This document shows positions 60,201 through 64,000 of a stretch of DNA of 64,000 nt, piece by piece. The notes beneath the pieces were generated by a model. It saw only the letters and a program-made list of their open reading frames with translations, ran no database searches and was not told where the DNA came from. The first letter of the stretch is position 1. Each line of letters opens with the position of its first letter. Source of the DNA: Strigamia acuminata. Taxonomy: Eukaryota. The stretch lies in assembly GCA_949358305.1 (NCBI GenBank), contig OX442314.1, positions 23,932,001 through 23,996,000 on the forward strand, written 5' to 3'. Both the position numbers and the translations under genes were made by a program.

Positions 60201-63039
60201 TATTCCGGTTTCCATAAAGGGCACTGTAAAATCAATGACGGCTTCTCGATACGAGTTAATGTTGAGTGCAGTAAACACCACCTCCGTCTTGCGATTGATG
60301 AGGGCAGCAATTAGTCCATTCCAAACCCCGTTCTGCGCATAAAATAAATTAAAACAAAAAATAAATTCCATTTCGACTCCAAACGCTTCTATTTTTCAAA
60401 CAAAAACATATTTTTCCAATTTCTTCCTTGAGGCCTAGAAAACGAGTTTGTTTGCATTGTATTTCAACTCGCTTTTTATTTTTATCATTATTTGCAGTAA
60501 ACCAGACAACCCGATACTTTTAAAAAGCCTTTCAAAAAACTTGAAATGTCAATATCTGCATTCTGCCAACGTCCCATTATTATGCTGTGCACTAAAGCCA
60601 CGCCTAGTGGAAATTTAAAGAGAAAATAAAACCGTTTTTTTTCCTATTTAAGTGATGTGACATACGTCAAACTGAAGGAAACGCAATCTGACAAACCAAC
60701 TGCTAAAGTTGTATTTTTAATTGATAGTCGCTCTAATGGAGTCTAATATGAGAAATTCCACTTCAAAAACAGCAGCAAAACAAGCCGACACGAATAAAAA
60801 AAAAATAATTGATTACATTTTGATACAAACTTTACACTTTAGCGGTTTTAATTGATTTTTTTAAGTGCCCAATCGAAAATCAATGATCGAATTTTCTACG
60901 CCACTTCAACTAAACCTGCAGCGAGCGCCTTTTAATTCTCTCGAAAGCTGCCAATTGATAAATCAAAGTGATAAATCAAAAATAAACTTCACATGACGTT
61001 TGAAAATTTATAAAAGGAAAATTTTTGTGTTTTGTTTTGTTTTTTTCTTCCAAAAAAGCAATAGAAAAATGCTTGGCGTCACCTCTTTTTACTAGGTACA
61101 AGAAAAAACTGTGTTGTCAGATTGCTCCCACATTTCAGCAGTAGCAAGACAAGAATACCTAATAAAATAACGCAAGTAAATAAACAAGCAGAAATTCTAG
61201 AAGCTGCACAGACGGCCATAGCTAGTGGTTTGCGGCGCTGCCCATCTGTTCACTCGATCGCTCTGCCTCGCTACAGTCGTGTTCTATTTCGCATTTACGA
61301 CTATTTTAAGAGCAGGATTTGGGCGCCACTCGATGACAAATGGAACAGTCAATTCTTCTGTCATGTAAATGTGACATGTATGTATTATCGTGGCGAGAGT
61401 TTATAAACCAAATTTTTACAGTTTGAGTATGCACTTTTGCTTTTACCAACAAATCAGCAGAATAAATTCGCACCAAAACAACCACAATTCAATGCATTCA
61501 CTTGTCAGTGCATATTGAATCGATAAGTTGATGTGTTTGATGTTTAGGAATTCCTTGTGGTTTCCGCCATAGGTCAATAATTGACCCGGTTGTGTCAATT
61601 TGACTTATTGCTTATCGGATTGACGCGCTTTTAGCGGAATGACGTGCCACTAAACAGCGATTTTGACCAGACGGCCCTTAAGCCGTGGTTTTAAGGGCAT
61701 CGACATGCCACTAAAAGTGAGACGAAAAAATAGAAATAAAATTTTCTTGAAAAATGATAATTTCACTTTTAGTGGCATGTCCTCCTTTGTTGATGTTTGT
61801 TCAACAGTTTTTTGAAAAAATATGTTTTTCATGTAACGCTGCTCTGAAAAATACATTTATTGGAGGTACGTGTTATTGCAATGTTTCGGTATAAATATTG
61901 TCCAAGATACGGTGTTTTGAAGAGCGATTTAATTCGTTGTGTCAGTTTAGCGGTTTTTATTAATAAAGATTGCAAAGTGCAGTACAAGAGCGGCAGTTGT
62001 TCTATACAATAAAGCAATCCGATTGAAGTTGCATGTCAGTAGTTTGAGTTTACTAAGCTTAATTTGTGTTTCTGCAGATGAAACACCGCTGCAAAGTGAA
62101 TTATATACAATAACCAACGAAGTACCATCATTATACTCGTAGATTCGCTCGTCCGTTAAATTCTGACAAGACAATTACGACGCCCTTAAAAACACTACAA
62201 GTATAGAAAATTGCCGTAGTTGGCTTTAAGTGCAGTAGTTTATTGTAAAACTTTAGGTTAAGATGTCGACAACAAATTGTCCTCATTGAGGTGACGGTGC
62301 CATCCGTCAAATTTAGTGTACAATGTTGAATGCTCATATTGTGGCATAAATTGAAATAAATACGACCCGACACAGTCTTTAAAACTTTCGACTTAGAAAA
62401 AATGTATACTTAATCGTTTTGAAACGTAAGAAGGAGAACTATTTGAATTTAAGATGCGTTAAAAACCGTTTTTTTAAGCTTCTTTTGTGGGCTGGCAACA
62501 TGCGCCGCATACGAATCGATAAAACTAACATTCTTTAAACGGATTATGTTCTCGCACTCTACAATTCATGTGAATGAATGAACACGTGCCATTTCTATAT
62601 CTTACCGTCTCAGTTCCCCACACTCCATCTTCCACCCGTGACAATTCGTAAGTGAATCCCAAATCGGTGGCGAATTTCTGTAAAAGATCGATGCAGAAAC
62701 CAGAACAGCACTGAAAATAAGATTCGTTCCGAGATGCCATCGACTTGTTAACCCTGAAAAAAAAAATTGTGTTTTGGAAAATCTTTGCGAAACTTGCGAA
62801 ACTATTTCTATATTAAGCCTACTTGGCCATGTCGGCTTCCGAAGCAACACGACACGGAACGCCCCGATTGACACATTGGCCATTCACAGGATCGGGAGGT
62901 GACAGATGGATGAAAGGTGGTTCCTCTAAGAACATCACTTTCAAATGAAATTTCTCGGGAACACCTGGTGGAGGCACGTGCGAGTTTCCTGGCCAAACGA
63001 TGTCTTTGATGTCCAGTCCATCTTTTGCCCAAGTGCCAA
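57212..63039 (-). CDS. Nmdar2: NMDA receptor subunit 2, 3' part (5' exons probably lie beyond the window)
   Basis: [85 protein letters not shown]-terminal PDZ ligand IETVL*. Confidence 0.93.
59793..59880 (+). mobile_element. Truncated hAT-like terminal fragment
   Basis: TAGGGTTGCACGGAAT followed by repeated TATTCGG motifs; partner end not found. Confidence 0.45.
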
Positions 63040-63833
63040 TCTAAAAACAAAAAAGGAAGAAAAGACATATTTATGGTTTTGTAAAACATCACTGCGCCTT
63101 ATGTTGGTGCACTCAAATCTTTGTTCTTCGAAAATAAAATTTCAATCCACGTGGAGGTCATTTTTCCACCTTGGGTTTGTCAGTTTTACTAGACGGGAAA
63201 TAAATTTGGACAATTTAAAGGAGACAAAAGGTCGCTCTTTATGACATGCGTGATGTATGGTTGCGACAAATGTTCACATAAAGCTGAAGTGATCTAATTC
63301 AAAGAGGTTTTAATTTACGGAATAATTATTTCAAAAAGTTTCACCAAAATATTTACTAAACCAAATGGAAATTTCTAATTTGATTCGCATCTGCATAACA
63401 AACATAACGAGGTCATCTCAATTACTGACATCTGACCTTGCCTTTTGACCAATGAACGTAGGAAAATCTTACAAATTGAATCAAAAAGTTGTCTTAGGTG
63501 TTTGTGTTTTGGTTTTATCATGTTAAAAAATACAAAAACACAATCACAAACATCTAAAACACTTAAAACACGACTTTTTGAATGCGGCTGCTGTTTTCTT
63601 TGTTTTTAGCAGTCATTAAGAAGCCATTAGAAGAAAAAGTTGCCATTGAATTGGAGCTGCGCAGTGAAGCAACCCCCATACAAAAACACATAAATTACGA
63701 AGTACTATTTATCATGTTTTCCATGCAGATATCAGCACACACCTACCATAAATAGATAAAACATTGTTCTAAAAATTTTTTTTATTTGTATAGCTGAAAG
63801 AATTACTGCTTTGAAGCCTGAGTAAAACATGTA

Positions 63834-64000
63834 CAGTCGTGTTCAAAAAACTGAACCCACACATTGAGGTCACGATGTTCGTAGCGCCTCAACGGCTACT
63901 CCGATTCCCAATCTCTTTACACGGTTGGAAAGAGCAGAAAAAACTGGACCAAACGGTATATTTTACAGATTTTTGGAGTTGGTTATTAAACTTAAATAAC
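63834..64000. mobile_element. Probable Tc1-like element end running off the window
   Basis: TA-CAGTCGTGTTCAAAAAA resembles the termini of the MITEs at 9602-9995. Confidence 0.35.

Noticed and set aside
60400..62520. Short ORFs in the large NR2 intron
   Set aside because: No recognisable domains; probably decayed repeats or chance ORFs.

Overview
AT-rich, intron-containing animal genomic DNA; the gene set and short introns point to an arthropod (inference). From 5 to 39 kb is a compact housekeeping cluster: ACSM-like acyl-CoA synthetase, DCUN1D3, LUC7-like, CPSF4, SLIMP, INTS15, RRP7A, NAA60 (with an AT-AC U12 intron), REXO5-like and TBC1D9. From 39.6 to 55 kb is a rearranged accessory zone holding scrambled TBC1D9 copies, a small unrecognised CxxC-repeat gene, an intronless CTR9 paralog, a Ly6/quiver-like gene, a full-length DIRS1 retrotransposon, a foldback element and an LRR gene. 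The window ends in the 3' part of an NMDA receptor NR2 gene. The best candidate for a new system is the DIRS1 element (46436-51644): it is apparently intact and carries three ~62-nt spliceosomal introns, phased so that alternative splicing or intron retention would give Gag, Gag-Pol and Gag-recombinase proteins. The LUC7-like intron 1 also holds several candidate poison exons. All exon and splice calls were read by eye, and homology calls come from remembered motifs, not database searches.
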